A stretch of DNA of 63,886 bases, counting the filler. It is 7 parts of 7 records of this genome, joined end to end, with 100 filler letters (N's around TTAATTAATTAA, not from the genome) between each part and the next. Parts side by side here need not be neighbours in the genome. Positions count along the whole stretch, not along the records: positions 23,142 to 39,717 come from SRR31156797_20169; positions 39,818 to 44,885 come from SRR31156797_20183; 5 more parts are not named here. The stretch is one strand, 5' to 3'. This document shows, in pieces, positions 36,291 through 44,365 of this stretch. The notes beneath the pieces are model-generated. The model was not told where the DNA came from and searched no databases. It saw nothing but the letters and a program-made list of their open reading frames with translations. Each line of letters begins with the position of its first letter. The stretch's first letter is position 1. The translations under genes and the position numbers were made by a program.

Positions 36291-38547
36291 CCGAATATTT
36301 CTCCTTGTTTTGTGTTTCTTCCAATCCGGGCGCTTTCCAGTTCAAAAGCCGGCTGGAATTGACCAGAATGCCCAGGGTATGCACAATGTGCAGCATGCCC
36401 GCCATGACCGGCGACAAATAGCCGAAGGCGCCCAGGAAAATCCCCAGCACATTGGTGGAGGTGGCCAGAAGGTAATTCTGTTCAATGGTACGAAGGGTCC
36501 TGCCGCTGAGCTGCCGCAGGGTCACCAGCCGTTCCAGTTCACTGTCCACCAGGGCGATGTCCGCCGCCTCGATGGCCACCTCTGCCCCGCCGGCGCCCAT
36601 GGCCACGCCCACCATGGCTTTACTAAGGGCCAGGGCGTCATTGACACCGTCACCCACCATGACCACTTTCCGGCCTTCCTCTTGAATGCGCTCCACATAA
36701 TAGGCCTTGTCTTCGGGGAGCAGCTCCCCCCGGTGATCGTCAAACCCCATTTTCTCGGCCAGGGCCTTGGCTACGGGCTTGGTATCCCCGGTGCCCAGAT
36801 AGAGGGACGACACCCCGTCCTCCCGCAGCCAGTCCAGAACGGCCTGTGCATTGGGCCGTACGGCGTTGGCCACCACAATGACCCCCTGGAGTTTATGGTT
36901 TTTCGCCACGTACAACACCGTATGTCCCTGTTGAATCCGGTCTTTAGCCCTGGTTTTGAAATAGCTTACGTTGATCCGGCGGTCTTCCATGAACCGGTCA
37001 TTCCCCACCAGGATCTCATTGCCGTTGGTTCTGGCCGCAACCCCCCGGCCCAGGATAAATTCGCACACCGCATGGGGTTCCGGCTCTATGCCGCGGCGCT
37101 GGGCGGCGTCCACCACGGCCCGGGCCATGGGGTGTTCATTATGGATTTCCGCAATGACCGCGGTTTTGAGCACCTGGGTCTCGGTCTGTTTGGGCGCACG
37201 GGGGATGACCTCGATCACTTCCGGAATCTCCGCCGTGATGGTGCCGGTTTTGTCGAAGCAGAAGCAGTCCGCCTTTCCCACCATCTCCATATGGAGCCCG
37301 CCCTTGATCAAAATGTGATTGCGGGCCGCGTTGGCCAGGGCCGCGGTCACGGCCGTTGAAGCGGCCAGTACCGTGGCGCAGGGGCAGGCCATGACCAGCA
37401 TGACCGTGAAGGCCCGAAGGGGATCGGCCGTCAAGACCAGGGTGGCCAGGGTGGCGAAGGCCCCCAGCCTGAAGAGGCGGCCCGCCAGGATATCCGCCTG
37501 TTTTTCAGCGGGAGCCCGGTTTTCAATGGCTTCTTCCACCATGTGGAGCACCCGGCAGAGATAGGTGTCGTCCCCCACTTTCTCGGCTTTTATGAAAATG
37601 ACGCCCTTTTGAACGATGGTGCCCGCGAAAACCGCATCCCCGGCTTTTCGGATTTCCGGTTCGGCCCTGCCGGTGATATGGGCTTCATCCACCAACGCCT
37701 CGCCGCTCTCCACAATGCCGTCCACGGGAATTTTTTCACCCGTATGAAGGGCCAGAAGGTCCCCTTTTTGCACCTGATCCACCGGCACCTGGACCTCCAC
37801 CCCGTCCACCAGGATATAGGTGTCCTTGGCGGCCACCTGCAGGATCTCACTGATGGCCCTTCGGGACTGCTCCGCCACATAATCCTCCAGCAACATGCCC
37901 ACGCGGAGGATCCAGATCACTTCCAGGGCCGTCATGGCCTCGCCCACCACCACGGCCAGAATGCAGGTGGAAGCCAGAAACGGAAACAGGCTCATGGCCT
38001 TCCCCTGCCTCAGATCCGCCAAGGCGTGCCTGAACAGGGGAACGGCGGCCACCAGCGCCACCACGGCCACCACCGAAAAAGGACCCTGGGCCAGTGGGGC
38101 TTTAAAAAACACCTTGCGGATGAGGGTAAAGGCCACAAAGGCGGTGATGGCCGCCACCTCAATCACGCGACCCACCATGGATTTTCGTTTCCCCGTTTTT
38201 TCAACCGGATGGCAAACTTTACAATCCAGGCCGCAGGCCGACTGATCCGGGGAACCCTTCTTTGAAACCAGGATCGGCAGGGAAGAATTGAGAACCTTTG
38301 ACACCAGGTCCAGCATGGCCTCGGCTTTTAATTGCTTCTCGTCAAAGAGCAGAATAAGGCTGCCGCTTTTGGGCCTGGCCTCCGCGTTTTGAACGCCCGC
38401 CTCATTGAGCAGCCGGTGGGCCAGGGCTTCGGCGGTTTCATGGGAGAACCGGATGGCGGGCACTTTCAGCCGAAACCGCCCCTGAATCCGGCTTTTCACT
38501 TGAAATTTTTTGTTCTTTTTCATTTCAATGGTACCATATCCCTTCAT
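36277..38547 (-). CDS. fezH: second P1B-type ATPase of the fez cluster (FezH-like); start may be 38523
   Basis: R-rich GRFRLK N-domain, CGLDCKVCH linker, MACPC, DKTGT, HP, TGD, GDGVND, HIVHT; TGE replaced by TGR. Confidence 0.8.
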   Translation of the reverse strand: MKGYGTIEMKKNKKFQVKSRIQGRFRLKVPAIRFSHETAEALAHRLLNEAGVQNAEARPKSGSLILLFDEKQLKAEAMLDLVSKVLNSSLPILVSKKGSPDQSACGLDCKVCHPVEKTGKRKSMVGRVIEVAAITAFVAFTLIRKVFFKAPLAQGPFSVVAVVALVAAVPLFRHALADLRQGKAMSLFPFLASTCILAVVVGEAMTALEVIWILRVGMLLEDYVAEQSRRAISEILQVAAKDTYILVDGVEVQVPVDQVQKGDLLALHTGEKIPVDGIVESGEALVDEAHITGRAEPEIRKAGDAVFAGTIVQKGVIFIKAEKVGDDTYLCRVLHMVEEAIENRAPAEKQADILAGRLFRLGAFATLATLVLTADPLRAFTVMLVMACPCATVLAASTAVTAALANAARNHILIKGGLHMEMVGKADCFCFDKTGTITAEIPEVIEVIPRAPKQTETQVLKTAVIAEIHNEHPMARAVVDAAQRRGIEPEPHAVCEFILGRGVAARTNGNEILVGNDRFMEDRRINVSYFKTRAKDRIQQGHTVLYVAKNHKLQGVIVVANAVRPNAQAVLDWLREDGVSSLYLGTGDTKPVAKALAEKMGFDDHRGELLPEDKAYYVERIQEEGRKVVMVGDGVNDALALSKAMVGVAMGAGGAEVAIEAADIALVDSELERLVTLRQLSGRTLRTIEQNYLLATSTNVLGIFLGAFGYLSPVMAGMLHIVHTLGILVNSSRLLNWKAPGLEETQNKEKYSDENH

Positions 38548-38629
38548 ATCCCTTCATATCCCTTCATATATCTTCATATCCTTTCTTATGTCTTCTTATA
38601 CTTTCTTTTCCTTTCATATTTTTCTTTTC
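38535..38629. repeat. degenerate 10-bp tandem repeat (about 9 units, CCTTCATATC)
   Basis: ccttcatatc ccttcatatc ccttcatata tcttcatatc ctttcttatg tcttcttata ctttcttttc ctttcatatt. Confidence 0.9.
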
Positions 38630-38649
38630 AAAAAAAATTCAACATTTTG

Positions 38650-39495
38650 TTATTTTTTGATGTTGGGAAAATAGACTGAAAAACAGGCACCCTTCTTCAT
38701 TTCGCTTGTAACATCGATCCACCCGCCGTGGTCCCGTGCGATGGTGTAGACGATGGCAAGCCCAAACCCGGAATTACCGCCGCCCTTTTTGGTTGAAAAA
38801 AAAGGATCGTAAATGTTCGGCATGATTTGAGCCGGAATGCCCGGTCCGGTGTCGGACACGGACAGTACCGCGAAATGCCCGGGCCGGGCATTGCCGTGCT
38901 GAAGACAGTCTTCGGGCTTCAGCACGGCCTTCCGGGTACGGATGGAAATGACGCCTTTACCGCACATGGCTTCCACCCCGTTTTTCATCAGATTGGAAAC
39001 GACCTGCCCGATTTGAACCGGCTCCCCCGCAATGGCGGGCAGGCTTTTTGAAAATTCGGTTTCAATGGTCACTGTTTTGGGGAATGCGCCCTTAAACAGT
39101 TCCACACTTTGCGCCACTTCCGAATTTAAACTGATTTCCTGTTTCGGGTGCTCATCGGTCCCCACCAGGTTCAGCATATTCCCCACCAGGTCCGATGCCT
39201 TATGGCACACCGCCATGATCTGCCGGCACCGCCTCTTATTCCGGACATCTTCCGTTGAATCCAGAACCGCGCCGGCGTTAACGGCGATCACATGGATGAA
39301 ATTCTTAAAATCGTGGGCTACACCGCCGGCCATGAGGCCGATGGATTCCATCTTGCGGTCATGGGTGTATTCCGCCAGAACATGGCTCACGGAATCCATG
39401 TGCGTTTTGACTTCAGCCAATGACCCGTTGATGGTATGGGAAAGGGCTTCCAGGTCAGCCTTCAATTTGCTGACAGGATGTTCAATGTGATCCAT
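38650..39495 (-). CDS. histidine kinase core (HisKA-HATPase) with no sensor or receiver domain
   Basis: AGGVAHDFKN, NLMKNG, DTGPGI, YDPFFSTK...GFGL; in-frame TAA 10 codons upstream excludes a longer N-terminus. Confidence 0.85.
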   Translation of the reverse strand: MDHIEHPVSKLKADLEALSHTINGSLAEVKTHMDSVSHVLAEYTHDRKMESIGLMAGGVAHDFKNFIHVIAVNAGAVLDSTEDVRNKRRCRQIMAVCHKASDLVGNMLNLVGTDEHPKQEISLNSEVAQSVELFKGAFPKTVTIETEFSKSLPAIAGEPVQIGQVVSNLMKNGVEAMCGKGVISIRTRKAVLKPEDCLQHGNARPGHFAVLSVSDTGPGIPAQIMPNIYDPFFSTKKGGGNSGFGLAIVYTIARDHGGWIDVTSEMKKGACFSVYFPNIKK

Positions 39496-39717
39496 TGCGT
39501 TTTTGATATCCTCACACCAAACTTAAAAATTGCTTTTATTTGTTTTTCGACCCCCTCATGCCATCCATGATGGCATGACATGAGGCAGGGGATGCGCCGC
39601 CATATGGGCGGAACACCCCTATCCCCGGGAGGCCTAGGAGAGAGTGTTTTAGGCCTAAACCTATAACCGTCTAAAATTCCGCGGTAACCCGCAGACCGAA
39701 CACCCAGCCGTCCGGAC

Positions 39718-39817
39718 NNNNNNNNNNNNNNNNNNNNNNNNNNNNNNNNNNNNNNNNNNNNTTAATTAATTAANNNNNNNNNNNNNNNNNNNNNNNNNNN
39801 NNNNNNNNNNNNNNNNN
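39718..39817. other. artificial contig spacer
   Basis: N44-TTAATTAATTAA-N44. Confidence 0.98.
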
Positions 39818-39818
39818 C

Positions 39819-40184
39819 GGAAATCTTGGAAAAGCATTATCTCGTCACCATGGTTTTTTCGAAGGATGCGTACAGATCGTAGCTGCATTTGATCCCGGTG
39901 TTGGTGTGCTGACAAGCAAACCCCCGGTCCCGGTTTTTCCTCCGACAAGCATACCTAAGTATCTTGAAGAAAATTCGGTCAAACATGCTATTCTTGCGGT
40001 TCCTGATAATGTTGCCCAGGAAATGTTCGATGAATTGTATCGTGGCGGGGTCAGAGGATTTATCAACTTTTCAACCATTGCCTTGAATGTCCCCGATGAT
40101 GCTTATGTAAATAACGTTGATCTTGAGCTTGAACTTGAAACGGTAGTTTACTACACGAAAGAAGACAAAAAGCTTGAAGAATAA
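39819..40184 (+). CDS. rex: redox-sensing repressor Rex, C-terminal part (5' truncated)
   Basis: GNLGKAL....GF....IVAAFD, AILAVP...AQ, GVRGFINF, VDL..ELE.V.Y. Confidence 0.88.
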   Translation, partial: GNLGKALSRHHGFFEGCVQIVAAFDPGVGVLTSKPPVPVFPPTSIPKYLEENSVKHAILAVPDNVAQEMFDELYRGGVRGFINFSTIALNVPDDAYVNNVDLELELETVVYYTKEDKKLEE

Positions 40185-40209
40185 ATTGCATTTCATATCC
40201 TTTTCATAT

Positions 40210-40237
40210 AAGAACCCGCCATTTTTGGTGGGTTCTT
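40210..40237 (+). terminator. hairpin terminator after rex
   Basis: AAGAACCCGCCA-TTTT-TGGTGGGTTCTT. Confidence 0.65.
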
Positions 40238-40350
40238 CCTATTATGTATAAAAACCGTTTAACATTATAATCTGGAATTTCAGATGTTAATTTTTGTTCA
40301 TATTCTGAAAACGATCATGTAAAATATAAAAAAAGGTTTTAACAGGATGC

Positions 40351-40379
40351 TTGACTGTGTGGCTTTTGCAGGGTATCTT
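40351..40379 (+). promoter_or_regulatory. sigma70 promoter of pyk
   Basis: TTGACT-17-TATCTT. Confidence 0.6.
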
Positions 40380-40436
40380 AGGACGGTTTATGTGTTTCTT
40401 ATGCTATTTAGCAAGAGAACTTAAGGAGTATAATAT

Positions 40437-41858
40437 ATGAGATTCAAACAAACAAAGATCGTAGCTACAATATCCGATATAAATTGCAGTATCGAATTGA
40501 TAAATAAACTATATAAGAACGGCATGAACGTCGTCAGATTGAATACCGCTCATCAAACACCGGAAGATACATTGCGGGTCATAAACAATGTAAGAAGCGT
40601 TTCAGATAAGATCGGACTTTTATTAGATACAAAGGGACCGGAAATAAGGACCGCGGACATTGCTTCAAAACTCAAGGTAGCTGAGGGACAGATAATTAGC
40701 CTCTCGTCAAAAAAAGAAGTGAAAGCAGATGTTAAGGTCAGCTACACGAATTTCCTGAACGATATTAAGCTTGGTAAAAAGATTTTAATAGATGACGGTT
40801 TGGTGGAATTACTGGTAAAAGAAAAGAAAAACGATCTGATATTATGCGAGGTTTTGAACGAAGGTGAAATTGGTAACAAGAAAAGTATTAACGTACCGGA
40901 TTGCCATTTTAACCTACCTGCCGTGACTGCAAAAGATAAGGAATACATTGAATTTGCAGTAGAGAATGATATTGATTTTATTGCCCATTCATTTGTCAGA
41001 AACAAAGAAGATATAAAAGAAGTGCAGGATATCATAGATGCCAAGAATGGAAATAATAAGATCATTGCCAAAATTGAGAATCAGGAAGGTGTCAATAATA
41101 TCGACGAGATCCTTGATGTTGCGTATGGTATTATGGTTGCCAGAGGAGATCTTGGAATTGAAATTGCGGCGCAGGACGTTCCGCTTGCACAAAAGAAGCT
41201 TATCAGAAAATGCATGCAGCGTGCAAAACCCGTTATTACCGCAACCCAATTACTGCATTCCATGATAGACAGTCCCCGACCGACAAGGGCTGAAGTCTCT
41301 GACGTTGCTAATGCCATATTTGACGGAACGGATGCTTTAATGCTGAGTGGAGAGACCACTTATGGGAAATACCCCGTTGAATCTGTAAAAATGATGAATG
41401 ATATTGCTTTGTCGGTTGAAAAAGAAAAAGATTATAAGGAAAGTCTTCCGACCTTCAAGGGAAAAGATATTACCAGAAATTATCTTGTCAAAACTGCTGT
41501 AAAAGCCTCAAAAGAACTCCCGGTAATGGCTATTGTTATTGATTCACAAACAGGCCGATCGGCACGCATTGTTGCGTCCTACAGAGGAGAGACACCCATT
41601 TATGCAATGGTTGATGATAAAAGTGTGGTTAGGTTGCTTTCTTTAAGTTACGGTGTTTATCCGGCTTATATGGAACTACCGAAAACGACCGATGAACTTG
41701 TTTATAAAGCCGTCTCCTCGCTACTGAAGAAAGAAAAGATCAAAGAAGAGGATACCATCCTTATTCTGGCAGGAACTCCCGGACAAAATGACGGAGCCAA
41801 TTTTCTGGAAATTAATAAAGCCGGACTTTGCTTGCTATCCAAAGACAGCATCCAATAA
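40437..41858 (+). CDS. pyk: pyruvate kinase
   Basis: TKIVATI, LDTKGPEIRT, IIAKIEN, MVARGDLG, TRAEVSDVANA, MLSGET. Confidence 0.98.
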   Translation: MRFKQTKIVATISDINCSIELINKLYKNGMNVVRLNTAHQTPEDTLRVINNVRSVSDKIGLLLDTKGPEIRTADIASKLKVAEGQIISLSSKKEVKADVKVSYTNFLNDIKLGKKILIDDGLVELLVKEKKNDLILCEVLNEGEIGNKKSINVPDCHFNLPAVTAKDKEYIEFAVENDIDFIAHSFVRNKEDIKEVQDIIDAKNGNNKIIAKIENQEGVNNIDEILDVAYGIMVARGDLGIEIAAQDVPLAQKKLIRKCMQRAKPVITATQLLHSMIDSPRPTRAEVSDVANAIFDGTDALMLSGETTYGKYPVESVKMMNDIALSVEKEKDYKESLPTFKGKDITRNYLVKTAVKASKELPVMAIVIDSQTGRSARIVASYRGETPIYAMVDDKSVVRLLSLSYGVYPAYMELPKTTDELVYKAVSSLLKKEKIKEEDTILILAGTPGQNDGANFLEINKAGLCLLSKDSIQ

Positions 41859-41884
41859 AAATAATTTATAGATTCGTTACGAGC

Positions 41885-42412
41885 TTACTTAAGCACCGAA
41901 TCCTTTTTCTTAAACAATTTACACCAACCCAGATAGGCCTTTCCGCCCGGACAAGTGTCATTGTATGAGCATTTTGAGCATTGCGGCGGCATGAATAATA
42001 CGATGTGCAAAATTAACAAGACAAAATAGATCAATATATTCCAAGGATTTTTAAGAAAATGCCAGTACAGGGGAAACAATAAAAAGATCGTCAGCGTGAT
42101 CTCGCCACCTGCCGCATTTTGCTTAAAGAATTTTGGATCATGTTCACGTTTCGGGTAAAGCAGGGTGGAGAGGATATTGCCGAAATATACACCGACAAAA
42201 GCCGGACAGTATTTTCCGCGATAGGGGCAACCAACACAGCAACCGGCTTGAAAAATGTTAACGATCAGGTAAAGCAATATCCACGCAATGAGAAGGAAAA
42301 TTGAAGCATCCAGCAGCACAATGATCGTTCCTGTCACCATGATCAGAAAGGGGATCAGAGAGAGGTAGTAGAGGAATTTGTCTTTTGGGGTCCAGCGGTA
42401 AGGTTCTGTCAT
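41885..42412 (-). CDS. 4-TM membrane protein with two Cys clusters
   Basis: ATG 42412 after AAGGA; CCVGCPYRGKYCP and CSKCSYNDTCP. Confidence 0.7.
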   Translation of the reverse strand: MTEPYRWTPKDKFLYYLSLIPFLIMVTGTIIVLLDASIFLLIAWILLYLIVNIFQAGCCVGCPYRGKYCPAFVGVYFGNILSTLLYPKREHDPKFFKQNAAGGEITLTIFLLFPLYWHFLKNPWNILIYFVLLILHIVLFMPPQCSKCSYNDTCPGGKAYLGWCKLFKKKDSVLK

Positions 42413-42416
42413 ATTA

Positions 42417-43241
42417 TTAATCCTTAGTAAGTTCCATCCATTCAACAGCTTGTCCATCATCGTAAAAAATCTCAACGAATTTAAACCCACACTTGTCAAG
42501 TACGTGTTTGGACGCATTGTTATTTTTGTCTACCATGGCATAGATCGTATTGATCTTCATGATGTTTATGGCATAATCGATAACAGCTTTGGAAGATTCG
42601 GTGGCGTATCCTTTTCCCCAATGTTTCCGCTTGAAACGATATCCAAGTTCATAAAAGTTACAATGACCGTTTTCAGGAGTAGTATAATACTTTAATCCGC
42701 ACCAACCCAGGCACTCTCCGGTATTCTTGTCAACGACAGCCCAGCGACCACAATTAGTATTATTATATTGTTCATGTATGTAATCAATTACCTCATATTC
42801 TTCTTCGATTGTGCTCAAGGGTTGATTGTCAATATACTTATGAACTTCAGGATCAACATCCATGTTTAATAGATCTTCAACATCAGTGTATAAGATCCTT
42901 CTGAGATTCAAGCGTTCGGTAATTATTATTGGTTTATAGGACTCAATGGCCTCAAGTATTTTAAGATGAACTTTTTCAGGTTTTAATTTAGCTTTAATAA
43001 AAAACAGTTCATAACTGTTGAATACAAATAATTTTCTACCTTCATTGCTCAATTCGTAATCATATAATTCTGCAGTAGATTTATAGAATTTCTTTTTGAT
43101 CAGTCCGGCTTTATATAAATCGTCCAGTGATAAGGAATATCTATCTAAAAATTCATCAAGATCAATACGGCCTTTTGCTTTATATTCATTATAGATGTCA
43201 CCACGTTTTTTAAAAAACTCCAATGTTAAACACATGATCAA
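42417..43241 (-). CDS. RimJ/RimL-type GNAT acetyltransferase with ~100-aa N-terminal extension
   Basis: TERLNLR, GWCGL, ELGYRF...HWGKGYATE, N.AS..VL.KCGF. Confidence 0.85.
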   Translation of the reverse strand: MIMCLTLEFFKKRGDIYNEYKAKGRIDLDEFLDRYSLSLDDLYKAGLIKKKFYKSTAELYDYELSNEGRKLFVFNSYELFFIKAKLKPEKVHLKILEAIESYKPIIITERLNLRRILYTDVEDLLNMDVDPEVHKYIDNQPLSTIEEEYEVIDYIHEQYNNTNCGRWAVVDKNTGECLGWCGLKYYTTPENGHCNFYELGYRFKRKHWGKGYATESSKAVIDYAINIMKINTIYAMVDKNNNASKHVLDKCGFKFVEIFYDDGQAVEWMELTKD

Positions 43242-43275
43242 GTCCTTTGAATATTTATCTACTCACTACTAAGCA

Positions 43276-43668
43276 TTATTTACCGACTACTCTAAAAAGT
43301 GTCCCCTCATTCTTATATCCCAACTTCTCATAATAGGGATCTACATCCGACATCACATAAACTTCATATTTTGGATATTCATTAATGAGCGCCTCCATCA
43401 ACTGTCTGCCGATCTCTTTTCCGCGATGATCTTTGTGAACCAGCAGATCGCAAATAAAGACATGGTAGCCTTCATCTATCAAGGATCTGGAATATCCGAT
43501 CACCTTTCCATTCTTTTCAGCAACAAAAACAATGGAGTTAGCCAAGGCTTTTACATATCGCTTTTGATTTTCTTCGGAACTGTAACAACTCCACTCCTCA
43601 CCTTCTGAGATGAGGACATCAAGAAGTTGTTCAAAATCTGTAGATGGCTTGTATTTTCTGATTTTCAT
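43276..43668 (-). CDS. GNAT acetyltransferase
   Basis: DLLVHKDHRGKEIGRQLM; YYEKLGY. Confidence 0.88.
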   Translation of the reverse strand: MKIRKYKPSTDFEQLLDVLISEGEEWSCYSSEENQKRYVKALANSIVFVAEKNGKVIGYSRSLIDEGYHVFICDLLVHKDHRGKEIGRQLMEALINEYPKYEVYVMSDVDPYYEKLGYKNEGTLFRVVGK

Positions 43669-43675
43669 ATTTTTA

Positions 43676-44017
43676 TCAAACAGTAATCAAATGTTCTCTG
43701 TTCTTTATGATCTCGGTCATGGGCAGACCCCATTTGATAAGGGGGATATTCAGTTCTGTAAGTTTTTCAACCACACCCAGGTTTTTAGCACAAACAATGC
43801 ATCCGGTAAATTCAACACCCGCTTCCTGACCGCTTTTGACCAGTTCTTGAATATGAGTATTTTCAGCAACCAGTTTTGAGGTGTTTCCCCAGATGATCAC
43901 CGTGATCTTATCCCAAAGTTTCATTTTCATCATGTTTTCGGAATACATCATGACCATATGTTCGGCTGTGAAAGGATTGTCATTAGTCCATAAAATATAG
44001 AGGTGATCATTTTTCAT
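43676..44017 (-). CDS. DsrE-family protein
   Basis: LYILWTN...W..ITVIIWG...GVEFTGCIVCA..LGV. Confidence 0.78.
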   Translation of the reverse strand: MKNDHLYILWTNDNPFTAEHMVMMYSENMMKMKLWDKITVIIWGNTSKLVAENTHIQELVKSGQEAGVEFTGCIVCAKNLGVVEKLTELNIPLIKWGLPMTEIIKNREHLITV

Positions 44018-44099
44018 GTTCTTTCCTTTTCAGTTTGTTTATAATGCTATTACTGTTTTAATATCTGGAATATCAATCAAAATAACAAAGGCTTAATAT

Positions 44100-44127
44100 G
44101 TAAAGACGCAAGATCTTGCGTCTCTAT
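44100..44127. repeat. GTAG-type REP-like palindrome
   Basis: GTAA followed by perfect 20-bp palindrome AGACGCAAGATCTTGCGTCT (44104-44123), then CTAT. Confidence 0.7.
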
Positions 44128-44173
44128 AATTCCGAAAATCATATTTGTTATTTACTTCAATTGTTTATAATTC

Positions 44174-44204
44174 CGTTTCACGTTTTACGACTTACGTTTT
44201 ACGT
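44174..44204. repeat. heptamer tandem repeat (CGTTTTA)x4
   Basis: CGTTTCA CGTTTTA CGACTTA CGTTTTA CGT. Confidence 0.75.
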
Positions 44205-44333
44205 ATGAAAAAGCAAACGCCTCATCCTCCAAATCCTGAACGAGGCGTCACTTACATTTGAAAAACACTAATCTGGAGTCTGGGGCCGGGAGTCAGAAAC
44301 TCAATTCTCAACCCAAAACACACGATATTTTAA

Positions 44334-44365
44334 TTGTCAACTGTCAACTGTCAATTGTCAATTGT
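44334..44365. repeat. heptamer tandem repeat (YTGTCAA)x4.5
   Basis: TTGTCAA CTGTCAA CTGTCAA TTGTCAA TTGT, abutting the stop codon at 44366. Confidence 0.85.

Noticed and set aside
36253-37359. Long antisense ORFs (also 31662-32603, 24951-25847, 57876-59015, 61218-62201, 63070-63873)
   Set aside because: Shadow frames opposite well-supported genes in GC-rich sequence, with no motifs or RBS.
38535-38629. Repeat arrays here and at 44174-44365 as CRISPR
   Set aside because: Units are 7-10 bp with no spacers, and no cas genes are present in the window.
40294-40311. Rex operator upstream of pyk
   Set aside because: TTGTTCATATTCTGAAAA matches only about 9/14 of TTGTGAA-N4-TTCACAA in AT-rich DNA; too weak.
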